Of a DNA stretch of 64,000 nt, positions 10,116-19,974 are shown piece after piece. How positions within the stretch are numbered: the stretch's first letter is position 1; the number at the start of each line of letters is the position of its first letter. The stretch covers positions 64,001-128,000 of the forward strand of contig CACPJC010000001.1 of assembly GCA_902634185.1 (NCBI GenBank), in the 5' to 3' direction. Source of the stretch: an uncultured Candidatus Actinomarina sp. (GTDB lineage: Bacteria > Actinomycetota > Acidimicrobiia > Actinomarinales > Actinomarinaceae). The translations under genes and the position numbers were made by a program. Below the pieces are notes generated by a model. That model did no database searches and had not been told where the DNA came from. It saw nothing but the letters and a program-made list of their open reading frames with translations.

Positions 10116-10729
10116 TATTTGTTTTTAAGTTCTTTTCTTAATGACTCACTAACTATAGCATTTGTTAGATCTGACCTTGTTCTCTCTATGATTGCTCTGG
10201 CGGTATCAGCGTACCTCCTAAGACCACCAGTCAAAGCATCCGGGTAATCTAGCTCGTTAAAGATTTCCATAGAGGCCTCCATAATAGCCAAATACTTCTC
10301 ACCTTCTTCAATCTCTAGTTTTCTGAGACTATCCAAGACTTTTCTTCTCCACTCTCCGATTGCATCACCAAGTCCCTGTATGTAGTTTGAGGCAGAGACA
10401 TTCATCCCCTCAAATTCGAGAAGTGCATTGGTTTTCTCGAATTCGAAAACTAAAAATGCCTCGATTAACTCCCTTTCCGAGTCATTAACATAACCTGCAA
10501 ATCGCAATTCTGGAATATCTTTCAAAGAAGAGCGTAAATCTTGATAATTTTTATTTGCCTCGTCTAAATGTTGTTTAGCCTCGTCTAGATTGTTACGATG
10601 GACGTTCCTTATCGACTTAGAACAAGATTTTATGATCTCTCTGGAGAGTTTTAGGGACTGTTCTCTAATATCGTTTAATTTATCAAACTCTTTAACGAGA
10701 CTATTGGTAATCTGCTCAGGTGTTTTCAA
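10115..10729 (-). CDS. Translin/TRAX-family protein (prokaryotic C3PO-like RNase homologue)
   Basis: All-helical 204 aa with RE..LKLSREII, ERELIEA, YIQGLGDAIGEWRR and LRRYAD.AR..IERT motifs typical of archaeal-type translin. Confidence 0.85.
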   Translation of the reverse strand: MKTPEQITNSLVKEFDKLNDIREQSLKLSREIIKSCSKSIRNVHRNNLDEAKQHLDEANKNYQDLRSSLKDIPELRFAGYVNDSERELIEAFLVFEFEKTNALLEFEGMNVSASNYIQGLGDAIGEWRRKVLDSLRKLEIEEGEKYLAIMEASMEIFNELDYPDALTGGLRRYADTARAIIERTRSDLTNAIVSESLRKELKNK

Positions 10730-10732
10730 GTT

Positions 10733-11107
10733 TTAAACAGCTTCTTTGAAGTAGCTTTCTTCCTCTACCGTATTTTCTACTTGATTGCCCATGGTTAGAT
10801 TATTTTGTACCTGCATGGATCTTCTTACCTGAAAGGAGAGGAACGCATAAATACCAAATACGCAATCAAGAACAAGATGAAAAATAAATAATGGGACAGA
10901 CATGGTCTGTATAGACACAAAGAAAGTGGAGACTGCAAGTAGTCCTAGTACTAGATACCCTCTTCTTTGCCTATTCACCATGGAGTCATATTCAGGAGAG
11001 ATAATATAGGCATAACTGTTTTGATTTTTGGAAATCTGAATCTCAGGAAGTATCACTGCCATCGATAGTGATAAAAGTAGCCCTATTAAAATTAATGTTG
11101 AACTCAT
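10733..11107 (-). CDS. Small 3-TM membrane protein, GlpR/SepX divisome-protein-like
   Basis: N-terminal TM, basic RQRR patch, two further TMs with HLVLD..F..Y signature. Confidence 0.45.
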   Translation of the reverse strand: MSSTLILIGLLLSLSMAVILPEIQISKNQNSYAYIISPEYDSMVNRQRRGYLVLGLLAVSTFFVSIQTMSVPLFIFHLVLDCVFGIYAFLSFQVRRSMQVQNNLTMGNQVENTVEEESYFKEAV

Positions 11108-11168
11108 TGCCCTGCCTCAACTCTTCTTAGAAATATATTACAACAAATCTAATTTATATTCTTAAGTT

Positions 11169-11768
11169 TCAGAATTTATTCTCGTCGCCTTTTGATAGTC
11201 GGGATAGATTTTCTCGATGCTGATAGAAAATTAGTAACAAAATAAATACTTGAAACCCAACGATGTAAATTTCTGGTGATTGAAAAATGACATAAAGTGC
11301 ACCAACTGAGCATGTAAACAGACTTGATATTGCTGAAATTCTAAAAATGAAGAATATTCCAAAATAAAGTGCGATAAATCCAAAAATTAGGGCAATTTCC
11401 CAAAATAAAAACCCTAAATCTGGTGCAAGAAAGACAATATATCCTATTACTGTCCCTAAATACGTTGCTACGCCCTTTCCTCCTTTAAATCCATAAAATA
11501 TTGGAAAACAATGCCCTATTACGGCGAGAGATGCATAGATTAATGTCTCTAATTCACCTCCAAAAATCATAAATGGAGCAATTCCCTTAAATAAATCTCC
11601 GACGAGTACGATTATCGCGTATTTTTTTCCGAGTGCTCGCAAAACGTTTGAGGAACCTGGATTTCCACTTCCAATTTCTTGAATATTGATATTTTTGAAT
11701 TTTGCAACAATATAAGCAAAATTGATTGAACCTATTAGATAGCTTGCAATTACGGGAACAATGCTCAT
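11169..11768 (-). CDS. plsY: Glycerol-3-phosphate acyltransferase PlsY
   Basis: GSGNPGSSN.LR, GHCFP..FKGGKGVAT, HRENL.RL motifs. Confidence 0.95.
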   Translation of the reverse strand: MSIVPVIASYLIGSINFAYIVAKFKNINIQEIGSGNPGSSNVLRALGKKYAIIVLVGDLFKGIAPFMIFGGELETLIYASLAVIGHCFPIFYGFKGGKGVATYLGTVIGYIVFLAPDLGFLFWEIALIFGFIALYFGIFFIFRISAISSLFTCSVGALYVIFQSPEIYIVGFQVFILLLIFYQHRENLSRLSKGDENKF

Positions 11769-11848
11769 GATTAGATTCTACTTACTTAAATTTAAATAAG
11801 TTTTTATTCCATTGATGTATTTTTAATTTATTGTAGATATTGGTAAAG

Positions 11849-11998
11849 ATGAATATAGAGAGCTGTTCAAAAAGAAGATTTAAATCTGAAAATGAGGCAC
11901 GAAAAGAAAGAGGATGGGCTGAGTCAGAGTACAATCAGAAATTCAATATTTATAGATGTGGTGATTGCAACGACTGGCATTTAGCTAGTATAAAATAG
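11849..11998 (+). CDS. 49-aa putative zinc-finger protein (not in ORF track)
   Basis: MNIESCSKRRFKSENEARKERGWAESEYNQKFNIYRCGDCNDWHLASIK*. C...YxCxxCxxWHL pattern; stop directly abuts uppP ATG. Confidence 0.75.
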   Translation: MNIESCSKRRFKSENEARKERGWAESEYNQKFNIYRCGDCNDWHLASIK

Positions 11999-12754
11999 AT
12001 GCTTGAAATTTTAACTGGTGTTTTACAGGGACTAACAGAATTTTTACCGATATCATCAAGTGGTCACCTCGTCATTATTTCGTCATTAAGTTCTGAACTC
12101 GACTTAAACACAAATGACATTGCCTTCTTACACATTGGTACATTATTCTCAATAGTATTTTTCTACCGAAAGAGAATTTTCGAGATATTTGAAGATTTAG
12201 ATACTTTTGTCTTTTATTTCAAAATAATTCTTGCTGGTATTATTCCAGCGGTTCTCATCGGTTTACTGACACCTATACAAAATATCATCGATGATAGTCC
12301 CGACCTTATTCTTATCACAGGAGCTTCATACTTGATTTTTTCATTACTCCTAATTTTTTCAGGAAAAATAAATAATAGTGAGGCATTAAGCATCAGAGAT
12401 ATAACCGTCAGCCAAGCATTTGTTATTGGGATCGCTCAATCTATTGCATTACTTCCAGGAGTTTCACGATCTGGTGTAACTTTATTGACAGCTATTTATC
12501 TCGGGGTAAAAAAAGCCGATGCAATTTATTATTCACTCTTGCTAGGTATTCCAACAATATTTGGAGCATGGAGCTTAACCTTTATTAATGGTTCCTTTCA
12601 AGTAAACACAAATATTGTTCTTCCAACAATTGTTGCTATGTTTACTGGACTACTTGCGATAAGAGTTTTAATTAATTTTACAACCAGTTCAAAACTGCAA
12701 TATTTTGGTTATTACTGTCTATTACTTTCCGTGTTCTGTTTTATAGCTAATTAA
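11999..12754 (+). CDS. uppP: Undecaprenyl-diphosphatase
   Basis: QGLTEFLPISSSGHL and PGVSRSG motifs; polytopic membrane protein. Confidence 0.95.
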   Translation: MLEILTGVLQGLTEFLPISSSGHLVIISSLSSELDLNTNDIAFLHIGTLFSIVFFYRKRIFEIFEDLDTFVFYFKIILAGIIPAVLIGLLTPIQNIIDDSPDLILITGASYLIFSLLLIFSGKINNSEALSIRDITVSQAFVIGIAQSIALLPGVSRSGVTLLTAIYLGVKKADAIYYSLLLGIPTIFGAWSLTFINGSFQVNTNIVLPTIVAMFTGLLAIRVLINFTTSSKLQYFGYYCLLLSVFCFIAN

Positions 12755-13775
12755 TTTTTAGGTCAATTGGTTTTTTCTTAGGAGCAATGGCATTAATTGC
12801 ATTGACCATTTCCTCGACAACTTTGAAATCATTATCTGCACCAAATTCGAGAAGTTTTCCATCCTCTGAATATTTTGATACAGAATCATATAACGGAAGA
12901 CTACCAATAAATTCGACACCTAGGTTCTTTGAGAGTTCCTCTCCCCCGCCTTTACCAAACGGATATAGTTTCTCACTCCCATTCTCTAAATAAGACATAT
13001 TTTCAATAACACCAATGATGCTTGAGTTCACTTTCTTCGACATAATTCCTGCTCTCTCTGCAACGGTTGTTGCATTACTTTGAGGTGTCGTAACAATGAT
13101 CGTTTCATAAAAGTTAAGAAATTGAGAAAGGGATATCGAGACATCACCTGTTCCGGGTGGCATATCGATAAGTAAGATATCTATATCCTGCCATAAAACT
13201 TCATACAGGAATTGTTCAATAGCCTTATGAAGCATTGGCCCTCTCCAAATTACTGCCTCATCTTGTTTTACGAAGTACTCCATTGAGATAACGCTGAGAT
13301 CATTTATTTTTGATGGGAAAATTCTGTTATTGAATGGGATTGGAGGAAATTTTGCTCCCAACATTTTTGGTATTGAATATCCCCAGATATCAGCATCAAG
13401 AATTCCAACTTTTTTTCCTTGTTTTGCAAAAGCCATTCCAAGAAGAGATGAAATAGTTGATTTTCCAACGCCACCTTTTCCAGAAGAGATACCAATAATT
13501 CTCTTACCTTTGCTAAAGTCTTTTTTTGCATCCTCTACAGATAGATCTGCTTTCACTAATTTTGATGCAGATTCAATATCTATTGTGGTTGGCTCAATAA
13601 ACTTAATTTTTATCTTTTCATCAACAGTTTTTACAAGCTCTTCAACAGCTGAACGAACCCAATCTATATTGAAGTAATCAATAACCTCTAATTGATTACT
13701 TTTGTTTAATGTAAAGCACTCAAGCTCTCCAAATGTCTTATTGAATCCAGGATAAATAAGTTTTTCAAATTCCAT
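12747..13775 (-). CDS. mrp: Mrp/ApbC Fe-S cluster carrier ATPase (start uncertain, 13775 or 13796)
   Basis: SGKGGVGKST, DADIWG, IWRGPM, IDMPPGTGD, GVIENMS. Confidence 0.92.
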   Translation of the reverse strand: MEFEKLIYPGFNKTFGELECFTLNKSNQLEVIDYFNIDWVRSAVEELVKTVDEKIKIKFIEPTTIDIESASKLVKADLSVEDAKKDFSKGKRIIGISSGKGGVGKSTISSLLGMAFAKQGKKVGILDADIWGYSIPKMLGAKFPPIPFNNRIFPSKINDLSVISMEYFVKQDEAVIWRGPMLHKAIEQFLYEVLWQDIDILLIDMPPGTGDVSISLSQFLNFYETIIVTTPQSNATTVAERAGIMSKKVNSSIIGVIENMSYLENGSEKLYPFGKGGGEELSKNLGVEFIGSLPLYDSVSKYSEDGKLLEFGADNDFKVVEEMVNAINAIAPKKKPIDLKIN

Positions 13776-13816
13776 ACTTATGTATTGTATGTTCAATACT
13801 TTATTAAATTAAACTT

Positions 13817-14308
13817 ATGTTGAAAAGAAATTTTATCCTATTGTCCTTAGTCGGACTAGTTCTTGTAATCTCAACAACATTTGAAGAAGAAAATACTGAT
13901 GTCGAAGTGCTACCAAACAATGAAAATTTAGACCTATCTATTCCTTTTGAAAATCTAAATGCGAATATTGTGCTTACAAGCGAGGAATATATTGTTATAA
14001 ACCTCTGGGCGACTTGGTGCACGCCATGTATCGAAGAAGTGGGATATCTTCAAAAATTAAATGAACTGGGTGAATTTGTTGTAGTTGGATTGTTGGTCGA
14101 TGATTCTGAGACAAATGCAATTGAATTTATAAAAGAATATAACTTAACGTATGAAAATATTTTGTCGGAAGAAAAAGTTGAATTATTCATTGCTCAATTT
14201 TTCTGGAGTGGACTTCCTACAACTCTATTATTAAACAAAGACTTTGTTGTAATCAATACATTTAATGGTCCTATAACGGATGAGATGATTATTGATTATG
14301 TCAATTAG
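13817..14308 (+). CDS. TlpA/ResA-like thiol-disulfide oxidoreductase with N-terminal anchor
   Basis: NLWATWCTPC and GLPTT cis-Pro loop. Confidence 0.9.
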   Translation: MLKRNFILLSLVGLVLVISTTFEEENTDVEVLPNNENLDLSIPFENLNANIVLTSEEYIVINLWATWCTPCIEEVGYLQKLNELGEFVVVGLLVDDSETNAIEFIKEYNLTYENILSEEKVELFIAQFFWSGLPTTLLLNKDFVVINTFNGPITDEMIIDYVN

Positions 14309-14339
14309 AACTAATACAGTTTCTGCTTATAATTAAATA

Positions 14340-14477
14340 ATGGATGCAATAATCATTTGGCGAATTGTCCTCGTTCTTGGGACACTTGGATTTTTAGGCG
14401 CAATGGGTATATTCACTTTAAAACTTATTGCTGCATCTACTGGAAGAAAACGACTTATAGATTTATTTATAAGATGA
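14340..14477 (+). CDS. 45-aa single-pass membrane protein (not in ORF track)
   Basis: MDAIIIWRIVLVLGTLGFLGAMGIFTLKLIAASTGRKRLIDLFIR*. Fills the gap before the tRNA; TATAAT 6 nt upstream of ATG. Confidence 0.65.
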   Translation: MDAIIIWRIVLVLGTLGFLGAMGIFTLKLIAASTGRKRLIDLFIR

Positions 14478-14479
14478 TT

Positions 14480-14556
14480 TGGTAGCGGGGGTAGGATTTG
14501 AACCTACGACCTCTGGGTTATGAGCCCAGCGAGCTACCAGACTGCTCCACCCCGCG
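14480..14556 (-). tRNA. tRNA-fMet (CAT), initiator
   Basis: CGCGGGGTGGAGCAG...CTGGGCTCATAACCCAG...GGTTCAAATCC...GCTACCA. C1:A72 mismatch, three G:C pairs in anticodon stem, encoded CCA. Confidence 0.97.
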
Positions 14557-14600
14557 CTGAATACCAATAGTAATTAAGAATTTATTTAACTCAAGTTTTT

Positions 14601-17420
14601 TTATTGTTGATTGAGAATTTCCAGAGCTTTGTTTACAAGTTCCTCAACTTGAATAATTAGATCTTGATATTTTCCAAGATTTCCATCTGTTAACGCATTT
14701 TGAGCTTGATCAAATAAATCGCTAGCTTTATTTAATAAATCGATCGCACTTATATCTTCGGTATCGTCAACATCTAAATCGAGATCAATTTCTAGGTCAC
14801 CAAATACACCCTCAAGAGCAAGGCTAAGTGATTCGGCCATAATTATTCTGTCTTGGAAAACTACAACAACAAATTTAAATTCAGGCAATGGGTTTTGCTC
14901 ACCCTGTAGATATATCGGTTGATAATAAAGTACAGACTGATTGATTGGAACAACAAAAAGATTACCTTTAATAACACTTGATCCTTGTTGGTCTAACAAT
15001 GTAAATATTTGAGATATATCTGGATCCTGGTTAATCCTTGTAGCAACCTGAGTTGGTCCATCTACGAATTCACCTTTAGGTAATTTAAAGTCGATTATTT
15101 GTCCATAGTTTTCTGGATCTGCATCCGCAACAAGGAAGGACTGCATATTCGGTCTATTTTCCGGATTAAATGGCTGGAAGATAAGATAACTCAAATCACT
15201 CTCTCCTGGTAATGACATCAAAAGATAGTATGGAAGCATTGGTTTGAAACCAATTTCGCTGAACTCACCTCTCAAAGTTGCAAGTCTTGGTGTAGTGGAT
15301 GAGTCTGTAGGAATTACCCATGGATCCTCGTCAGCATAAAACACTCTTGGATCAGTCATGTGATAATCCCTGTACATGTCAGATTGAATCGTAAAGAGAT
15401 CTTCAGGGTATCTTATGTGATTCAACAAATCTTCAGACATATTTGATTTATCATCAAAAAGAGACGGGAAGATTTCAGCATATGACTTAATCAGTGGGTC
15501 ATTCTCATCAAAGACATAAAAATTCATCGTTCCGTCATAGGCGTTAACAACTGCTTTTACAGAGTTTCGAATGTAATTAAAGTTTATAGGCAGTCCAGAC
15601 CTGTCATTAATTCTTGTTGTGTCAGCTGGTTGAGCATAAGGATATCTATCACTCAAGGTATAAAGATCAATAATCCAGAATAGGTTGCCATCAATAAGTG
15701 CCAAATAAGGATCATTGTCAGTGTATAAGAAAGGAGCAGCTTTTTTAACCCTACTGATTATGTTTCTTTCCATAATTAGCTTTGAGCCATCACTCAACTG
15801 ATTTGATATAAGTAGGTTTAATTCGCTATAACGTAGTGCGAATCCAAGTCTTTTAAAGAACGAACCTATGCTTACTCCACCTTCACCTGAATAATTTGTG
15901 TATGCAACAGATTGGCCCTCTGTTGATAATGGGTAATCTACTTCATCTTGAAGTGAATTAACAACAACATATTCATCTGACTCTGCTGATTCTCCAAAAT
16001 ATATTCTCGGTTGGTCTACCTCAAGTTCAGCAACACTTGTATTTGCTGGCACACCCTTAACGTAAAAGTCTGGTTGTCCCTGACTAGCAACATTATTTGC
16101 AGGGCTGAATACAACACCAAAACCATGGGTGTACTGTAATTTTTGATTGACCCAACCTTGAGCAGGTAAGTTTGTTTGGTCTAATTCTCTTGCAGATACC
16201 ATAACCTGAGTCAATTGACCATCAATAATATATCTGTCTACATCAACTTCATCAAGGGCGTAATAGGCCCTAATTTCTTGAAGCTGGCTGTAAGTCTCGG
16301 CTAATACTGTCGGATCCCATAATCTAATATTGTCGACCGTTTGAGAGTTGTCATTTATGTCATTTTGAGAAAGATTGGGTGAAGCTTCGAACTGTTTTTC
16401 TTCTATGGAGTCAAGTCCATATGCCAATCTTGTGTAGTTAATATGATCTTCAACATAAGGCAATTCTTTATTCAACTCATCTGGTACAACTCTAAATCTC
16501 TGAATTGCTGCTGGAACAATTCCTCCAACTATGATGGAAACTGCTAACCATAAACCTATTGCCGTTGTAGGAAGTAGCCATCCTCTTCTTCTAATGTTTA
16601 CTAGTAAAAGAATTGCTCCAAATAATGAAATTAGAATCAAGAGATTTAAAGCGGGAAGATGAGCTACAACATCTGTATAGCTAGCTCCAAAAACTTTACC
16701 ACGTGGTGAATAAAGTAGTTCCAAAGCATCAAGCCTGTAGGCAACTGCTTTAAGTAAGGCTATGAATGCGAGTAAAACGGATAAGTGTGCTTTCGCTCCA
16801 CTACTAACCTCTGGTAAACGTCCAGGTCTTAATTGAAGAGCTCCAGTCGCAATAAAGTATAGAATTACAACAAGTGAAGTGAGCGTAACGAGTTGGAAAC
16901 CCCAAGAAACAAAAAGTCTGTAAAGTGGCAATCCATAAACATAACTTGCAACATCATAATTGAATACCGGATCACTTACACCGAATCCTTGTCGGTTAAG
17001 AAATAATAAAACCTGTTCCCATAGTGTTGAAGCGCCTGCACCTAAAAATAAAGAAAGAGCAACGGCACCAGTTAATCTAAATCGAGCAAATCGTTCACTT
17101 ACAAAGCTTCTGAACCTAGCAAGAGGGTCTTCAGAGTCAAATGCTTCAAAGATATCCATCACTGGAGTTGCTCTTGTTGCCAATCTTAGGTTTGTAAATA
17201 TAAATATAAATGCAATCAATGAAGTAGCACCGACAAGTGCAGTCCTAGTTATTAAGATTTTTATCCAAACACTTTCTAATGAAACAGAGTCAAACCAAAG
17301 GTAATTTGTATAAAAGTTAGCAATACCTCTGGCAAGAGAAAAACCAATAATTGCAATAAAAACAATAAAAGAGAATCCTCTTCTCTCTGAATTTGTATTT
17401 AAATTTCCGATATTAACCAT
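14601..17420 (-). CDS. UPF0182 family membrane protein
   Basis: Multi-TM N-terminus, NIRLWDP, DVDRY, YTHGFG, PRIYFGE, NYIRNSVKA. Confidence 0.95.
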   Translation of the reverse strand: MVNIGNLNTNSERRGFSFIVFIAIIGFSLARGIANFYTNYLWFDSVSLESVWIKILITRTALVGATSLIAFIFIFTNLRLATRATPVMDIFEAFDSEDPLARFRSFVSERFARFRLTGAVALSLFLGAGASTLWEQVLLFLNRQGFGVSDPVFNYDVASYVYGLPLYRLFVSWGFQLVTLTSLVVILYFIATGALQLRPGRLPEVSSGAKAHLSVLLAFIALLKAVAYRLDALELLYSPRGKVFGASYTDVVAHLPALNLLILISLFGAILLLVNIRRRGWLLPTTAIGLWLAVSIIVGGIVPAAIQRFRVVPDELNKELPYVEDHINYTRLAYGLDSIEEKQFEASPNLSQNDINDNSQTVDNIRLWDPTVLAETYSQLQEIRAYYALDEVDVDRYIIDGQLTQVMVSARELDQTNLPAQGWVNQKLQYTHGFGVVFSPANNVASQGQPDFYVKGVPANTSVAELEVDQPRIYFGESAESDEYVVVNSLQDEVDYPLSTEGQSVAYTNYSGEGGVSIGSFFKRLGFALRYSELNLLISNQLSDGSKLIMERNIISRVKKAAPFLYTDNDPYLALIDGNLFWIIDLYTLSDRYPYAQPADTTRINDRSGLPINFNYIRNSVKAVVNAYDGTMNFYVFDENDPLIKSYAEIFPSLFDDKSNMSEDLLNHIRYPEDLFTIQSDMYRDYHMTDPRVFYADEDPWVIPTDSSTTPRLATLRGEFSEIGFKPMLPYYLLMSLPGESDLSYLIFQPFNPENRPNMQSFLVADADPENYGQIIDFKLPKGEFVDGPTQVATRINQDPDISQIFTLLDQQGSSVIKGNLFVVPINQSVLYYQPIYLQGEQNPLPEFKFVVVVFQDRIIMAESLSLALEGVFGDLEIDLDLDVDDTEDISAIDLLNKASDLFDQAQNALTDGNLGKYQDLIIQVEELVNKALEILNQQ

Positions 17421-17448
17421 GTAGATTTATTGTATTTATGTTTCGTCT

Positions 17449-18459
17449 TTAACGTGAACTAAAGTCAGAAATTACACCAAGCGCCTCTTTAAAAGAATCA
17501 ACTGCAATAATTGACGTATTTTCATCTGAATAAATATTTGCTTCCGAAAAATTAGCAGTTGGAACAAGAATTAAAGAAGCGTTTGCTTTTTTTGCAGCAA
17601 TCACTTTTTGTTTTACACCACCTACTGGTCCAACCGAACCATCGATTTCTATAGTTCCAGTACCGGCAATTTTATTCCCAGCAGTTATATCATTCTCCGT
17701 AAGTAAATTGTAAACATTTAATGCCATCATCATGCCTGCAGAAGGACCACCAACATTCCCCGTGTTAATATCAACTTCAAAAGGATATACAAATTTTTGA
17801 TTTGGGGTCGAAGCAAGAAATCCGACCATTGGCTCATTTTCATATTCTACATGTTCGATAAGTGTTGTTTTAATTTTTATGTCTTCTTCATTTCTAACCA
17901 ATCCGATTTCCACTACGTCGCCAATATCATAAGTTTTAAGTAAAGATATAAATTCAGTTGATGACTTTACGATCTGATCATTTATGGATGTAATGAGATC
18001 GTTTTTATAAAGTTTGTCTTTTACAGGTGAGTCATCGAGTAACCCTACTACTAAAACACCGTCACCTTCTGACTCAACATCATAACCCAAAGTGTCTAGT
18101 GCTACAGCTATTGCAACATTTTCAGAAGTTATCATATTCTGAATACTTATTTCTGAAAGTTCTTGTGGGGTGACACCATCAGGTAAAATAACCTCTCTTG
18201 GATACAAGTCAATTTGACTATTTAAATTTGCCCATGCGTACACAAAATAATTTGCTTCATCACGCCTGACAGTCAATTGATACAAATTACCATCAAAATC
18301 ATAAGTTTTCTGATCTAGTATTTCAATTTCCCACTGATAGGGTGGTCCTGGAGACATAAAATAATAATCAGTTTTTACAAATCCAAATGGGAAAATTGCA
18401 ACTAAATAAGCAACTAAGGCAATCTTTAAAACCCTGTTTTTTTCAAAAAAACCTTTCAT
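17449..18459 (-). CDS. PDZ + Lon-like (S16) protease, YlbL family
   Basis: PDZ region then GGPSAGMM and AGTGTI..DGSVGPVGGVKQK Ser-Lys dyad. Confidence 0.92.
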   Translation of the reverse strand: MKGFFEKNRVLKIALVAYLVAIFPFGFVKTDYYFMSPGPPYQWEIEILDQKTYDFDGNLYQLTVRRDEANYFVYAWANLNSQIDLYPREVILPDGVTPQELSEISIQNMITSENVAIAVALDTLGYDVESEGDGVLVVGLLDDSPVKDKLYKNDLITSINDQIVKSSTEFISLLKTYDIGDVVEIGLVRNEEDIKIKTTLIEHVEYENEPMVGFLASTPNQKFVYPFEVDINTGNVGGPSAGMMMALNVYNLLTENDITAGNKIAGTGTIEIDGSVGPVGGVKQKVIAAKKANASLILVPTANFSEANIYSDENTSIIAVDSFKEALGVISDFSSR

Positions 18460-18487
18460 AGGTAAATATTAATTTATTTAAATAAAT

Positions 18488-18515
18488 AAAAAAGAGCCGG
18501 CATTGCCGGCTCTTT
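18488..18515 (-). terminator. Rho-independent terminator of the ABC operon
   Basis: AAAGAGCCGGC-ATT-GCCGGCTCTTT hairpin with T-run on the minus strand, just after the SBP stop. Confidence 0.85.
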
Positions 18516-18537
18516 AATAATCTATATATTTTTTATA

Positions 18538-19917
18538 TTAATAACAAGATCCTGTAGTCCAATCATAAGCCTTAGCTGTAGGGCCTACATACTGTGATGC
18601 AAGGACTCTCTGACCACTACCAATTGATCCATCAGGTATGCCGATATAAGCTTGTGCGTCAGCTCTATCTTGACCCAATGTTCTTGATGGAAACATTCCA
18701 TCTGATTCTACTGTTACATTTGCAGCAGCTCTTCTAATTCCTGCTCTTGTAAGGTCTCCACCTTTAACAGCTGCTTCTAGAACACCTTTAAGGTGATACT
18801 GAGATGACCATCCTGCTACAAGGAATGAGTTTGCACTATCTACGATTTGACTCATAGTAGCTCTCATAACTGCATGACCTGGTGTATCTGCTTCATAAGG
18901 AGCAACACCAAGACCCATTGCATAAATGAGACCTGATTCAAATAATCCCTTAAGAGCAAATCCTTCTTGAACAAATGCATCATTGAATGATGGTCCAGCA
19001 AGTATGGCAAATGGAGTTATGCCTTGTTGAGCTGCTCCACCAGCGACTTGTGCCATAAATCCTGCATTTATAGCTGGAAAATATGCATCAACTGGTTGAG
19101 TTACCATCAAACCAACAGCTTGAGCAACATCAAATTCTGTTGATGGAGGTGTATATGTCCATGCAACTGTTAATCCGTTTGCTTCTGCTGCTTTTGCAAC
19201 GCCTGCAGCCCAGTCTGAGCCATAGTCACCGGCGAATCCCATAATTCCTACAGTCTTGATATCACCAAGATTTGCAAGAGACCAGTCAACAGCATTCATA
19301 CCATCAGCACAGTACTGACTTCCAAATTCAATAACTAATCCTCTGTCAACGTCTTTATAAGACCAACCTGAATACCAGCTCATTGGAACTGCAACCATGT
19401 TGTCTTTATCCATTTCATCCAAAATAAATAATGTCTGAACTGTTCCTAATGACATTGATAATGCCGCAACATTTTCTTTGAGTTGTGTATATCCTTCAAG
19501 ATGTTTTTGTGGGTTAAACCCAGCATCAAAACTTTCTCTAATGGCAACACTATAATCTCCAATTCCTCCAGCTGAGTTAGCCCATAGCCAAAAAGCTCTT
19601 TGAGCAACCTCTAGTCCTGGACCAGCTGGTGCAAATGGACCTGTAAAGTCGTTAATCATACCTAAATAGATACAACCTTTGCTTTGATCAGCGCCTGTAG
19701 GCACTCCACCAATTTCTGCTGGACATGGTTCTGCTGTAACACCGGTTCCGGTTTTTACAGCTGTTGCTGTTGTGACTGCTGGAGAATCTAGTGATTCAAC
19801 TACTGCTTCTTCTACGGTTTCTTCAACTACTTCTTCTTCAGCTGCTCCACCACATGCAACAATAACCAAGGAAAGAATTGAAAATATGATAATTCCTCGC
19901 TTACGCAATGAATTCAT
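18538..19917 (-). CDS. Liv-type ABC transporter substrate-binding lipoprotein
   Basis: Lipobox IVAC, acidic linker, periplasmic binding protein type 1 features; operon context. Confidence 0.85.
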   Translation of the reverse strand: MNSLRKRGIIIFSILSLVIVACGGAAEEEVVEETVEEAVVESLDSPAVTTATAVKTGTGVTAEPCPAEIGGVPTGADQSKGCIYLGMINDFTGPFAPAGPGLEVAQRAFWLWANSAGGIGDYSVAIRESFDAGFNPQKHLEGYTQLKENVAALSMSLGTVQTLFILDEMDKDNMVAVPMSWYSGWSYKDVDRGLVIEFGSQYCADGMNAVDWSLANLGDIKTVGIMGFAGDYGSDWAAGVAKAAEANGLTVAWTYTPPSTEFDVAQAVGLMVTQPVDAYFPAINAGFMAQVAGGAAQQGITPFAILAGPSFNDAFVQEGFALKGLFESGLIYAMGLGVAPYEADTPGHAVMRATMSQIVDSANSFLVAGWSSQYHLKGVLEAAVKGGDLTRAGIRRAAANVTVESDGMFPSRTLGQDRADAQAYIGIPDGSIGSGQRVLASQYVGPTAKAYDWTTGSCY

Positions 19918-19974
19918 TTTCTCCCCCTTAAATTATTAGTACTAATGTACTTAGATTACTAGAAAAATTTCAAG

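Noticed and set aside
14480-14556. tRNA-fMet as an integration site for the defence island
   Set aside because: No duplicated tRNA 3' end or integrase seen in the window, and the flanking genes look like core genes.
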